DNA of 64,000 nucleotides from an uncultured Actinomycetota bacterium (GCA_963746335.1 CAVVAK010000006.1:77657-141656), one strand, 5' to 3'; positions 40,112 to 50,229 are shown, counted from the first letter of the stretch. The notes: generated by a model not told the origin, from the sequence alone. Numbers and translations are program-made.

Positions 40112-40962
40112 AGCTCCTCCGCGAAGTCGCCGGAGCGATGGAAGAACGAACGCCACGCGAGGAAGAGCAACAGGGCAGAGACGGCCAGGACCACGAACAG
40201 CAGGCCGGTCAAGGTGCCGAGGCTCATCGGCGGCAGGATCGGATCCTTCCCGGGACCGGGCACCACGATCGAATAGAGCGCTCGCTGGAACCCGATCACG
40301 ATCACCGCGACCGGGTTCAGCAGGTACAGCGCCCACGCGTCGAGCCCGAGGATCTCGATCGTCTGGAGCTTCCGCTGGACGAGCCAGCCCTGGTAGACGA
40401 TCGGCGTCGCCCAGAACCACACGAGCAGCGCGAGGTTCAGGAGATGTCCGACGTCGCGGTAGCGCACGTTGAGCGCCGCGACCCAGAACGTGAGCGCCGT
40501 GGCGAACACCAGCATGGTGACGACCGCCACCGGGTAGAGCCAGAGCTCGGGCAGCTGGAACCCGTGTCCCGGGTAGACCGCGATGAACAGGAGCAGGACG
40601 ACGGACTGGAGCATGAAGTCGAACAGGGCCACGCCCACCGCGGAGAGCGGGAGGATCTCGCGAGGGAACGCCATCTTCTTCACGAGGTTGCCGTTGTCGA
40701 TCACGGACCGCGAGCCGGCCTGCAGCGCGTTCGACAAGAAGTTCCATGCGAGCAGCCCCGACAGCAAGAACACCGGGAAGTCGGGGATGGAGTTGTCGAG
40801 GACGAAGACGACCAGGGAGAAGACGGCCAGGAACATCACCGGGTTCAACAGCGACCAGACCGCGCCGAGCACCGACGCCGTGTACTTGACCTTCAGCTCC
40901 TTGCGAACGAGATTGACCAAGACCTCGCGGTGGGCGATCAGCTCTCGGAGCCGCGCCCCCAC
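40108..40962 (-). CDS. wzm: Polysaccharide ABC-2 exporter permease (Wzm type)
   Basis: 284 aa. N-terminus [37 protein letters not shown] and 6 TM helices. Confidence 0.9.
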   Translation of the reverse strand: MGARLRELIAHREVLVNLVRKELKVKYTASVLGAVWSLLNPVMFLAVFSLVVFVLDNSIPDFPVFLLSGLLAWNFLSNALQAGSRSVIDNGNLVKKMAFPREILPLSAVGVALFDFMLQSVVLLLFIAVYPGHGFQLPELWLYPVAVVTMLVFATALTFWVAALNVRYRDVGHLLNLALLVWFWATPIVYQGWLVQRKLQTIEILGLDAWALYLLNPVAVIVIGFQRALYSIVVPGPGKDPILPPMSLGTLTGLLFVVLAVSALLLFLAWRSFFHRSGDFAEEL

Positions 40963-41133
40963 GTGCAGTCGCGGCGGCTCCGAGGTTCGCTCGACGGCAG
41001 GGACCGACGTGATGGGCTGACTCCTTTCGACGGACCGTGCGTCGGGCCGGATCGCATCCCCCGGCCGGGAAACACCCTGGTCAGAGGGACGGTGGCGAGT
41101 CTAGCAACCGCCTCGCGCCGTACCGCTCAGCGA

Positions 41134-42492
41134 TCATGGCGATCGTTGGAAGCTTTCGAGAGCCCGCGCGTACGACACGCCGAAGCCTTCGTTGACCAGG
41201 CCGTCGTCCACGCCGACCGCCGCGAGGTTCCGAGCCCATCGGGCGAGCACAGCCCTGGCCGGGTCGAGGACGATGTCGCGCGTCGCGAGGATCGCGTGTT
41301 CGTACCCTCTCGCCGTCGCCTCCGATCTCCGGAGCTCCGCCATGTAGGCGCGAGCGGCATCGCCGATCCGCGCTCGACGGAGGGGATCGTTTCGGAGCTC
41401 ATCGATCCTCGCGGCGAGCTCCGCGGGATCGGCGGGTCCGGGAGCAACGCGGACCACGAGCTCTTCGGGGATGTCGAGGTAGGTGCCTGTGGCCGAGACG
41501 AGCGTCGGCACGCCCGCGACCATCGCCATCGCGAGGGACCCGCTCACCTCCCCGCGATGCGGGGATCGCAGGTCGACCGCGATGTCGGCCGCCACCAGCC
41601 ACGCTCGGAAGTCGTCGTCCGAGACGTCGTGATGAACCGTGACGCGATCGCCGATCGCATGGTCCGCGATCACCGCCTCGATGTCGGTACCGGGGATCCG
41701 GCGCCCCACGAGGACCGCATGCACTCCGTCGGGCAGCGTGGCGATGGCCTCGATCAAGGCCGGGAGGCACTTGGCCTCGTTGATATCGCCCGGCGCGACC
41801 ACGACGGTACGCGCCCCCCGAGCCTCGAGCGGCGCGCGGAGCTCGCGCGCGCGCGGCTCCGCACGGCGCATCGAGGCTCCGTCCTCCACGACGGGATGCG
41901 GCACGGTGAAGATCGGCGTTCGCACGCCGACCGACTCGAGGTATCGCTTACAGAACTCCGAGTGGACCACGATGCCTCGAGCGGCTCGGGTGACGGCCGC
42001 GGACCACACGATCCGAAGCGGCTCGTGACGGACCACGTCGGGATCGATCACCCGGCCCCGCAGGGCCGCGGCCTCCCGTGTCGCATCGAGACCGAGGGGA
42101 TCTCCCGCCATCTCGAGCTGCCGAACGAGCCCGTCCAGGGCGAGGTCGTGGAGCACGACGAGTCCTGGCGAGGCGACGGCCAGCCGATAGATGCGCCGGT
42201 GGAACCCGCCGTTGTTCCCGAGCTGGTAGATGCCGAGGTCGTATCTGCCGATCGATCGCTGGTGCTGCGCCTTCACCGGCCACCACACATCGGTGCGATG
42301 TCGTTCGAGGAACCCGGTCCGACTCAAGCCGTCGAGCACCGCTCGGTCGTAGGAGGCGATCCCGGTGGCCGCCGGCGGCATGGGACCGACGAACGCCAGC
42401 TTGCCGTTGGTCGGACGCCGGCCCGGCAGCGGGGGTCGCAGGCCGACCCGGCGCGCCACCTTCCCGGCGATCCTGCGGATCCGCAGATTCAT
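41134..42492 (-). CDS. GT4-family (GT-B) glycosyltransferase
   Basis: ATG at 42492 forms an ATGA overlap with the upstream gene. The C-terminal EX7E-like region reads HRGEVSGSLAMAMVAGVPTLVS. The upstream part of track ORF 41134..43410 is a frame artefact. Confidence 0.8.
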   Translation of the reverse strand: MNLRIRRIAGKVARRVGLRPPLPGRRPTNGKLAFVGPMPPAATGIASYDRAVLDGLSRTGFLERHRTDVWWPVKAQHQRSIGRYDLGIYQLGNNGGFHRRIYRLAVASPGLVVLHDLALDGLVRQLEMAGDPLGLDATREAAALRGRVIDPDVVRHEPLRIVWSAAVTRAARGIVVHSEFCKRYLESVGVRTPIFTVPHPVVEDGASMRRAEPRARELRAPLEARGARTVVVAPGDINEAKCLPALIEAIATLPDGVHAVLVGRRIPGTDIEAVIADHAIGDRVTVHHDVSDDDFRAWLVAADIAVDLRSPHRGEVSGSLAMAMVAGVPTLVSATGTYLDIPEELVVRVAPGPADPAELAARIDELRNDPLRRARIGDAARAYMAELRRSEATARGYEHAILATRDIVLDPARAVLARWARNLAAVGVDDGLVNEGFGVSYARALESFQRSP

Positions 42493-43538
42493 CCGAGCAG
42501 CCGTTCCACCACCTGGGGCCACGCAGGGACGATCTCGCGGACGAGACGATTCCCTTCCAGGCCCCACGCTCGAGCCGACTGCCGATCGGACCACAGTCGG
42601 TCGAACGCCTCGGCGATCGCCTTCGCCTTTGGCTCGGTGACGAGCCCGGATCCGGCGTCGCGGACGAACTCGAGTGGTCCCCCGCTGTCGGTCAGGGTCA
42701 CGACCGGCCGGGCCGCGGCGAACGCCTCGATCGTCACGTACCCGTAGTCCTCGTCGTAGGGACCGAAGAAGACGCCGAGGGCACCTCGATAGAGCTCGTG
42801 CAGCCGATCGTCCGACACCCCGACCTCGAGTCGGACCCTGTCTTCGAGACCCTGGGTCCGGATCTGCCATCCGAGCGAACGCTCGTCGGGGCCACGACCG
42901 ACGAGCACGAGCTTGACCGGCGTCTTCACGTGCCTCATCGCCTCGATCGCGAGGGACTGCCGTTTCAAGATCTCCAGACGGCTCGGGTAGAAGAGGTAGT
43001 CGCCCAGCTCGGCGGGGTCGAGCGTCAGGAGCGCGTCCGTCGCCGGCGAACGGTGATACAGCACGTCTCCTTTGAGGCGAAGGGACCCCCACAGGCGGTC
43101 GGCGACGTTCTTCGAGTTCGTGAAGATCCGCTTCGCCTCTCCGAGCCCGAGCCGGTCGGAGTTCCAGACCAGCTTCCGGACCGTCGGGCCTTCCTCCTGC
43201 CTCGAGAGGTCCGCGAAGTCGGGGTGATCCCAGAGCTCGTACGCAGAGCGATGCTGGTGGATCAGCCACACGATCTTGCGCTCGTGCGGCGCCAGGTACG
43301 CGGGGAACTTCAGCGCGATGACCGCGTCGACCTTCAGACCGTTGGACTCGGAGATGTCGAAGCTCCGCCAGACCGCCATCTGGTGCGCGAGCTCGGTCGC
43401 CGGATACCACTTGCCCGCGATCGTCACTTGCTCGGCCTCGTGGCCGGACTCGCGGAGGGCCCGCACGAGTGATCCCGCGTGGAGCTCCGCGCCCCCGCGG
43501 CTGAACGCGGTCTGGGGATGCAGGACGGCGACCCTCAC
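42489..43538 (-). CDS. GT4-family glycosyltransferase
   Basis: GTG at 43538 (GTGA overlap). VRVAVLHPQTAFSRGGAELHAGSLVRAL...YDEDYGYVTIEAFAARPVV shows typical GT4 N- and C-terminal motifs. Confidence 0.85.
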   Translation of the reverse strand: MRVAVLHPQTAFSRGGAELHAGSLVRALRESGHEAEQVTIAGKWYPATELAHQMAVWRSFDISESNGLKVDAVIALKFPAYLAPHERKIVWLIHQHRSAYELWDHPDFADLSRQEEGPTVRKLVWNSDRLGLGEAKRIFTNSKNVADRLWGSLRLKGDVLYHRSPATDALLTLDPAELGDYLFYPSRLEILKRQSLAIEAMRHVKTPVKLVLVGRGPDERSLGWQIRTQGLEDRVRLEVGVSDDRLHELYRGALGVFFGPYDEDYGYVTIEAFAAARPVVTLTDSGGPLEFVRDAGSGLVTEPKAKAIAEAFDRLWSDRQSARAWGLEGNRLVREIVPAWPQVVERLLG

Positions 43539-43987
43539 GGTCGATCGCCCTCGTGGCCTCCGAGCTCCTCTCGCAACCGTGTGACCTCCTCCTCGGTCAC
43601 GCGGAGCCGCTCCGCGAGCTCGCCGTTCATCTCGGCGAGGTCCGCGATCAGCCGGTCGTACCGCATCGTCGAGAAGCGCGTGAGTCGCCACACCGCGAGC
43701 TTCGTCCTGCGCTTCCAGCCCGCCGCCGACCCGAGCACCGTCTCGCCGACCGGCACCTGCTGTCGCTGTTGGACGCGCATCTGGTGCGTGAACGCGTCCA
43801 GCCGCTCGCGCAACGAGCCGGCGTCGCTCGGAGGCGCGGAGAGACCGTCACCGGCCCAGTACACCTCCCGGGCCAGCGCCCGCGCCGCGGGGTCGGCTTC
43901 TGGTTCGCTCGTCTCGGCGACTCGGGAGGCACCGGGTTCGTCCGGCGCGTGAGCGCGATCGTTCCCCTCCCCCTTCTTGCCGTTCAC
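43535..43987 (-). CDS. 150-aa coiled-coil protein, paralog of the N-terminal module of the adjacent methyltransferase
   Basis: GTG at 43987 (GTGA overlap). KRRTKLAVWRLTRFSTMRYDRLIADLAEMNGELAERL...REELGGHEGDRP* aligns with KRRLKAIIFRSTRPATRRYDRLTADLATVAADLATRL...REELTGEEGDRP of the 43984..45111 product. Confidence 0.7.
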   Translation of the reverse strand: MNGKKGEGNDRAHAPDEPGASRVAETSEPEADPAARALAREVYWAGDGLSAPPSDAGSLRERLDAFTHQMRVQQRQQVPVGETVLGSAAGWKRRTKLAVWRLTRFSTMRYDRLIADLAEMNGELAERLRVTEEEVTRLREELGGHEGDRP

Positions 43988-45111
43988 GACGCCGCCTTGA
44001 CCGCCCAGATCGCTACGTCCTGGGCACGGCCGCGGTGGTCCCCGTTGAGGAATCGCACCTCGACCTTCGCGAACCCCGCGTGCTCCGCCATCAGCTTGAG
44101 CGTCTCGGGGTGCCCCGGCCACGTGTGGGTCACGTCGGCCACGAAGTAGTCGGCAACGGCGTCGGGGTTCTGGCCATTGATCGTCTCGAGCAGGAGCGCT
44201 CCTCCGGGACCCAACGCGCGATGGATCTGTTCGAAGAGGTGGACCCATGCGCGTCGCGGGAGATGCTCGATCAGCTGGATCGCGCTGACGCCGCCGACCG
44301 GATCGTCGGGCCTCGTCTCCAGGTACGCGAGGACGTCCGCCAACGTCACGTCGATCCCGTGCGACCGGCACGCTTCGACGGCGGCGGGCGAGGCGTCGAC
44401 GCCCGCGGCGTCCCAACCCCACTCGGTCAAGAGGCCGCAGAACTCGCCCTTGCCGCATCCGAGATCGAGCCAGCGGGGACGGTCGCCCTCCTCGCCGGTG
44501 AGTTCCTCCCGGAGCGCCACCACGAGATCCTCGTACCCACGGAGCCGCCCCTTCACGGACTCGGCACTCCCCCGCATCCGCTGTTCGAACGCCCAGTAGT
44601 ACTCGTCGGGGATGTCGGTCCACTCCGTGCCCTGCGTCGACGTCGATCCCGTGGGCGAGAGTGCTCGGAGGGCCAGCTCGAGCCGCTCGTACTCAGCCCG
44701 CCCCTTCTTCATCTCCTCCTCGGCTTCGGCGAGCCGCGTCGCGAGGTCGGCCGCCACGGTGGCGAGGTCGGCCGTCAGGCGGTCGTACCTGCGAGTCGCC
44801 GGCCTGGTCGAACGGAAGATGATCGCCTTGAGACGACGCTTCAGCGGCGAACGGGATCCGAGGAACGGATCGCCCTCCGGCATGCGTTGGTCTTGATCGG
44901 TCCGGAGGCGCGTGACCAGGTCCCGTAGAGCGCTCGCGAGCTCACGGGTGCTGCCCTCCCACGGTCCGGCACCCGCCGCACGCTCGGACGGTCGTTCCTC
45001 CTCCATGGCGGGACAGGCTACACCGGAGGGCTTCGAGGATTCCGGCGACGGTCGTGTCGATGCTTCTGTGGGAGCCGCGTCCACGGGGAAACACGTGCTC
45101 ACCGGGAGCAC
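43984..45111 (-). CDS. Class I SAM-dependent methyltransferase with an N-terminal coiled-coil module
   Basis: SAM motif WLDLGCGKGEF, DASPAAV, and post-I/II motifs LLLETING. It is preceded by YYWAFEQRMRGSAESV. The start may instead be ATG 45006 (MEEERPSE...). Confidence 0.85.
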   Translation of the reverse strand: MLPVSTCFPVDAAPTEASTRPSPESSKPSGVACPAMEEERPSERAAGAGPWEGSTRELASALRDLVTRLRTDQDQRMPEGDPFLGSRSPLKRRLKAIIFRSTRPATRRYDRLTADLATVAADLATRLAEAEEEMKKGRAEYERLELALRALSPTGSTSTQGTEWTDIPDEYYWAFEQRMRGSAESVKGRLRGYEDLVVALREELTGEEGDRPRWLDLGCGKGEFCGLLTEWGWDAAGVDASPAAVEACRSHGIDVTLADVLAYLETRPDDPVGGVSAIQLIEHLPRRAWVHLFEQIHRALGPGGALLLETINGQNPDAVADYFVADVTHTWPGHPETLKLMAEHAGFAKVEVRFLNGDHRGRAQDVAIWAVKAAS

Positions 45112-45171
45112 AGGAACGCCACACAGCCGCGACCGTATGAGCGGAGGTACCGGCTACCCTTGAGATGACCC

Positions 45172-46635
45172 ATGCCAGAACGCATCTCCGGGCACGGCAC
45201 CGTGGCGCGGGCCCTCGTGGGGGTGACCGCCTCCCTGGCCTTGCTCGTCGGACTGGTGACGGCGGGACTCACCGTCCAGTGGATCGGGTTCCGGGTGATC
45301 GGGATCGACCCCGACTTCCAGCGAGTGGGTCCTTCGGGCTCGCCGGCGCCGGCTCCCCATGGTCCCTGCGCCGACCAGGCGTGCAACTACCTTCTCCTGG
45401 GCTCCGACTCCCGAGCCGGTCTGTCGCCCGAGCAGCAAGAGCAGTTCGGGACCGACGAGTCGATCGGCGGTGAGAGCCGAGCCGACACGATCATGCTCGT
45501 CCACACCGATCCTCGCCTCCAGAAGGCGATCGTTCTCTCCTTCCCTCGGGATCTCTGGGTCACGATCCCGGGACGCGGTCGCGACCGGATCAACACCGCG
45601 TTCGAAGGAGGGCTCCGTCGGGGAGGTGCGCAGGTGGTGGCCCAGACCGTCGCGAACCTGACGGGCCTGGAGATCGATCATTTCCTCTACGTCGATCTCG
45701 AGGGCTTCCGCCGGACCGTGAGCAGGCTCGGCGGCGTCGACATGTGCATCCCGGCCTACAACGTGAACACCCCCGGGGACCTGGCCGGGATCGGCCCCGA
45801 CGGCGAGCCGATCCTCGTCCACTACGACGAGGTCGGCCACATCGCGGACCCGAACTCAGGGCTGAACATCAAGCCGGGGTGCCAGCGACTCGACGGCGAC
45901 CAGGCGCTCGCCTACGTGCGCGCCCGGCACCTGCCGTGCGATCACATCCCCGACTTCGCCCGGATCGGTCGCCAGCAGCAGTTCCTCCGTGCGGTCGTGA
46001 ACCAGATGTTGCAACCCGGGACGGTGGTGAAGGCGCCCGCCCTGGTGGGTCCGGTCCTGGAGAACCTGCGGCGCGACGCGGACCTGCTCCCCAGTGACCT
46101 CGTCTACCTCGTCGGCCAGCTCCGCGGCCTGACGACCGGTGCGGTCGAGTTCCGGGCGGTGCCGAGCGTCGGGGCGACAGAGGGGACGAAGGCCGTCCTG
46201 AAGATGGACCCGTCGGCGAAGGAGATCTTCCAGGCCATCAGACAGGGAAGGCCGATCGGCAACGTGGGAACACAGCTGGTCAACACGCCGCCGTCCGAGG
46301 CGAACACGACGGTTGCCGTCGTCGACGCGGACTCCGAAGGGACGGCCTCGGCCGTCGAGCAGGTGCTCTCCGACGCCGGGTTCGACATCACGCCGGGTAT
46401 CTGGCCGGCGTCCAAGGCGCCGATCGACGCCCCTGGGCCGGCCATCGTGTTCCACCCTCAGGCGAACGCGGAGGCGCAGGTCGTCGCGGCCTACTTCCCC
46501 GACCTCGAGCTGATCGCCTCCCCCGACCTGCGCGGCGCGGAGGTCGCGATCGTGGTCCCCTCGACCTATTCCCTCATCCGACCGGGCGAAGGTGGCGGGG
46601 GCGGCGGCGCGAGGAAGTGTCCGGCCGTCTCGTAG
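45172..46635 (+). CDS. LCP (LytR-CpsA-Psr) family glycopolymer-to-peptidoglycan ligase with a C-terminal LytR_C-type domain
   Basis: 487 aa. TM anchor plus LLLGSDSR...RADTIMLVH...SFPRDLWV...INTAF...YVRARH...DFARIGRQQQF. Confidence 0.9.
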   Translation: MPERISGHGTVARALVGVTASLALLVGLVTAGLTVQWIGFRVIGIDPDFQRVGPSGSPAPAPHGPCADQACNYLLLGSDSRAGLSPEQQEQFGTDESIGGESRADTIMLVHTDPRLQKAIVLSFPRDLWVTIPGRGRDRINTAFEGGLRRGGAQVVAQTVANLTGLEIDHFLYVDLEGFRRTVSRLGGVDMCIPAYNVNTPGDLAGIGPDGEPILVHYDEVGHIADPNSGLNIKPGCQRLDGDQALAYVRARHLPCDHIPDFARIGRQQQFLRAVVNQMLQPGTVVKAPALVGPVLENLRRDADLLPSDLVYLVGQLRGLTTGAVEFRAVPSVGATEGTKAVLKMDPSAKEIFQAIRQGRPIGNVGTQLVNTPPSEANTTVAVVDADSEGTASAVEQVLSDAGFDITPGIWPASKAPIDAPGPAIVFHPQANAEAQVVAAYFPDLELIASPDLRGAEVAIVVPSTYSLIRPGEGGGGGGARKCPAVS

Positions 46636-46639
46636 GCGA

Positions 46640-47770
46640 TCAGGAGGCGGCGCGGCGGCGCGGCGTCTCCAGCGCGAGGCGGTAGGCGGCAACCTGCCGC
46701 CGCGCCGCCTCCTCGGGCGAGAACGACCGCGCTCGTTGCCTCCCGGCCGCGCCCAGCTCTGCGTGGAGGGTCTCGTCGTCGAGGAGTCGCCGCATGGCTT
46801 CGGCCCATCCGTTCACGTCGTCGGGTGCGACGAGGATCCCGGCGCCCCCCAGCACCTCGGGCAGCGCGGTTCGATCGGACGCGATCACCGGGCACCCCAG
46901 GGCCATCGCCTCGGCGAGCGGGAGGCCGAATCCTTCATAGGTCGACGGGTACACGAGCGCCGCCGACTCCCGGAACAAGCCATCGAGCTCCTCCGCGGAC
47001 ACGCGACCCAGCCGCCGGACGTTCCGGGTCAAGCCGAGCTCCTCGGTCGCGCGCGCCACGGTGCCTTCGGCGGTACCGGCGGCGCCGGTCAGCACGAGCG
47101 TGGCGTCGTCGTGAGCGGCGACCACCTTCGCGAACGCCGCCAGGAGCATCCGGTGGTTCTTGTGAGGGTGGGTGATCGCCGGATACACGAAGGAGCGGCC
47201 GACCGACGAGACGGCCGATCCGGTCTGCGCGGGGGCGAAGAGGGGCGCGCTCACGACGTGCACGCGGTCGGGGTCCGCGCCGAGGAGCTCGATCACGGTC
47301 CCGCGGACGAACGCGGAGGGGGTCGTGATCACGGACGCCTGCCGGATGGAGGGACCGAACCGGGCTCGGAGATACGCGCCCTGCATCCGACCGAGCGTCT
47401 CGGGGAGCTCGATCGGGCGCAGGTCGTGGATCGTCAGGACGCTCGGTCGGTTGCGCAGCCACGGCACGACGTTGTTGAGGTGATGGACGAGATGGACGCG
47501 AGCTTTCGCCGCCTCTCGAGGGAGCCATGTCGACTCGGCGACGATCCTCGCGGCGCGCGATCCGTCGATCGGCGCGATCGCGGTCCTGAACCGTTCGGCC
47601 AGCTCCGGGTGCGCCCGGGGGAACCGCCGGTTGCAGAGCAACGTGATGTCCACCACGTCGCTGGTCACCTCGTCGAGGGCCCGCAGGAGTCGGATCGCAT
47701 ACTCCTCGGCACCCCCCGCGGCTTCGGGAAGCAGCCACATCAGGTTGATGCCGATGCGAGGCTTCGTCAC
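46640..47770 (-). CDS. GT4-family glycosyltransferase
   Basis: GTG at 47770 (GTGA overlap). C-terminal motif ALVYPSTYEGFGLPLAEAMALGCPVIAS. Confidence 0.88.
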   Translation of the reverse strand: MTKPRIGINLMWLLPEAAGGAEEYAIRLLRALDEVTSDVVDITLLCNRRFPRAHPELAERFRTAIAPIDGSRAARIVAESTWLPREAAKARVHLVHHLNNVVPWLRNRPSVLTIHDLRPIELPETLGRMQGAYLRARFGPSIRQASVITTPSAFVRGTVIELLGADPDRVHVVSAPLFAPAQTGSAVSSVGRSFVYPAITHPHKNHRMLLAAFAKVVAAHDDATLVLTGAAGTAEGTVARATEELGLTRNVRRLGRVSAEELDGLFRESAALVYPSTYEGFGLPLAEAMALGCPVIASDRTALPEVLGGAGILVAPDDVNGWAEAMRRLLDDETLHAELGAAGRQRARSFSPEEAARRQVAAYRLALETPRRRAAS

Positions 47771-48867
47771 GTGCCCGTCTCCGCCGCCTCGGCGTAGACG
47801 GCCGCGACGAGCTCGGCCGAGCGGTCCCAGGAGAACGACGCGGCCCGCACCTTCGCCGCCGCGCCCAGCGACTCCGCGAGGGCCGGGTCGTCCAGGACTC
47901 GCGCGATCGCTCCGGCGATCGCGTCGGTGTCGACCGGGTCGACCAGCAGGGCGGCGTCTCCCGCCACTTCCTCGGTCGCGGTGCCGGCGGACGTCACGAC
48001 CGGCACGCCGTGCGCCATCGCCTCGAGGACCGGCAATCCGAACCCCTCCCCGAGACTCGGGTAGGCCACCACCGAGGCACCCCCATAGAGGGCGCCCAGA
48101 TCGTCCGGAGGAACGAAGCCGAGGGGACGAACGAGCCCTTCGAGTGACGCCACGCCGTCCGAGATGTCCTCCTTCCATCCCGGCGGCCCTGCCAATACGA
48201 GCTCGAGGTCAGGGCGGGCGATGCGTCGGAACGCCTCGAGGACACGCGGGAGGTTCTTCCGGGGTTCCTGCGTGCCGCAGAACAACACGTAGGGCCGTTC
48301 GATCCCGTACCGGCGTCGGACCTCCGCGGCCTCGAACTCCCCGAGCGCGCGCGTGCGCACGCCCCACGGGACAAGGCGCAGCCGGTCGGGATCGATCCCC
48401 GCCGCCCGGCAGGCATCCATCGTCGCCCTCGACGGGCAGATCACGAACCTCGCGTGGCGCCTGGCGAGGTCGAGTCCGCGACGCAACACCGCTCGCGAGT
48501 GCCACGTGTAGTGGCCGGGATAGTCGAGGAAGAACAGGTCGTGCACGGTCGCGACCAACGGCGCATCCGACGGCGGGACCACGTATCCCGCGTCGTGAAC
48601 GACATCCACCGGGCCCGTGGCTCGCTCGACGACGGGGTGACGGAGCCACTGCCAGGCTTCGTACAGCACGCGTCGCGGCAGAGGCAGCTGGCGCACGGGA
48701 ACGGGGGGCCGGAACGCCTCAGGCGGAGGCTCCCGATGGCGGGCGGAGACGCCGACGAGATCGAGATCGCCCCGTCGGCCGAGAGCTCTGAGCAGCTCCA
48801 CCGTGGATGTCGCGATCCCACCGGGGACCACGTGCCAGGACTGCTCCACCGTCACGGCTACACGCAC
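47767..48867 (-). CDS. GT4-family glycosyltransferase
   Basis: 366 aa. VVAYPSLGEGFGLPVLEAMAHGVPVVTS. Confidence 0.9.
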   Translation of the reverse strand: MRVAVTVEQSWHVVPGGIATSTVELLRALGRRGDLDLVGVSARHREPPPEAFRPPVPVRQLPLPRRVLYEAWQWLRHPVVERATGPVDVVHDAGYVVPPSDAPLVATVHDLFFLDYPGHYTWHSRAVLRRGLDLARRHARFVICPSRATMDACRAAGIDPDRLRLVPWGVRTRALGEFEAAEVRRRYGIERPYVLFCGTQEPRKNLPRVLEAFRRIARPDLELVLAGPPGWKEDISDGVASLEGLVRPLGFVPPDDLGALYGGASVVAYPSLGEGFGLPVLEAMAHGVPVVTSAGTATEEVAGDAALLVDPVDTDAIAGAIARVLDDPALAESLGAAAKVRAASFSWDRSAELVAAVYAEAAETGT

Positions 48868-48981
48868 GCGTGATGACCTGCAGCAGACGACGCATGGCGT
48901 TCGGGGGGCAGGGACACGGCTGGTACTCTAGCCACACCCGGGCTTCGGGTTCGTCGGATCAGTGTTCGGGCCGGAGGCTAC

Positions 48982-50214
48982 GTGCGCATCACTCTCCTCA
49001 ACCTCTTCTATCCGCCCGACCTCGCACCGACCGCACACATGACCGCCGCGCTGGCCGATCATCGCGCGACACGGGGGGACGATGTCACCGTGGTAGCCGG
49101 CACCGGTGCGTACCTCGGCGGTTCGGAACGCGTGCCGGCGAGCCGACCGAACGGCGACGGACCCCGAGTGATCCGGCTGTGGACGCCGGCTCTCGGGAAG
49201 GCGAGCGAGGTCCGTCGGATCGGCGACTACATCACCTACCTCCTCGGCGCGGTGGCGCGCTCGTTGTTCCTGCCGCGACAGGACGTGGTGATCGCGCTCA
49301 CCAGCCCGCCCTTCGTCCTGGTCGCGGCCGTGGCGCACCGGCTACTGCATCCCCGGACGCGGGTGATCCTCTGGTCGCACGACGTGTATCCGGATGCGGC
49401 GGAGACGTACGGAACGATCAAGCCCGGCGGCGCCATCTCCAGGGCGCTGCGCGCCCTCAATCGATGGCTGTTCCGACGAGTCGACCACGTCGTGGCGATG
49501 GACCCCGCGATGCGTGAGCGCGTCCTCTCGGCGCTGCCGACGGGACAACGACCCGCAGCCTCGGTGATCCCGACGTGGGAGCCGGTGGCGTTGTTCCCTG
49601 AAGAACGACGCCTCGAGACGTGGACGGAGTACGCGGAGCCGGATCTGGCCGGGCGATTCATCGTGCTGCACCTGGGCAACCTGGGATTCGGCTACCGCAC
49701 CGATACGATCGCGGAGGCCGCGGCCGCGCTGGCGGACGAGGACGTGACCTTCCTGTTCGTCGGGGGAGGTGCACGGTTCCCCGAGCTCGCCCGCGAGGCA
49801 GCGGAACGACACGCCGACAATGTCCGTTTCCGGGACTACGTCCCGAGGGAGCAGACCCCCGCCGTCCTTGCGGGTGCCGGCTGCACACTGGTCTCCTTGG
49901 ACGATCACTCGATCGGGATCCAAAGTCCGTGCAAGGTCAACGGAAGCCTCGCGATGGGCCTCCCCGTCGTCTACGCCGGTCCCGAGGGGTCCAACGTCGA
50001 CCGGGCGATCGTCGACTACGACTGCGGCTTCTCGCTCCGACAGGGAGATATCGAGGGTCTCACCGACGCGATCAGGCGCCTCCGATCCGACCCGGTCCTG
50101 GCCGCGAAGCTGTCACGGAATGCACGACGCGCGTTCGAGGAGGCTCACTCCGATCGAAGCGCCCTCCCCCGGTTCGACGCGCTGCTCGAAGATCTCACGC
50201 ACCCCGGGTCGTGA
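48982..50214 (+). CDS. GT4-family glycosyltransferase (WcaI-like N-terminus)
   Basis: 410 aa. MRITLLNLFYPPDLAPTAHMTAALADH..., with a Rossmann GT-B C-terminal half. Confidence 0.85.
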   Translation: MRITLLNLFYPPDLAPTAHMTAALADHRATRGDDVTVVAGTGAYLGGSERVPASRPNGDGPRVIRLWTPALGKASEVRRIGDYITYLLGAVARSLFLPRQDVVIALTSPPFVLVAAVAHRLLHPRTRVILWSHDVYPDAAETYGTIKPGGAISRALRALNRWLFRRVDHVVAMDPAMRERVLSALPTGQRPAASVIPTWEPVALFPEERRLETWTEYAEPDLAGRFIVLHLGNLGFGYRTDTIAEAAAALADEDVTFLFVGGGARFPELAREAAERHADNVRFRDYVPREQTPAVLAGAGCTLVSLDDHSIGIQSPCKVNGSLAMGLPVVYAGPEGSNVDRAIVDYDCGFSLRQGDIEGLTDAIRRLRSDPVLAAKLSRNARRAFEEAHSDRSALPRFDALLEDLTHPGS

Positions 50215-50229
50215 CTCCTGCGGGATAGG

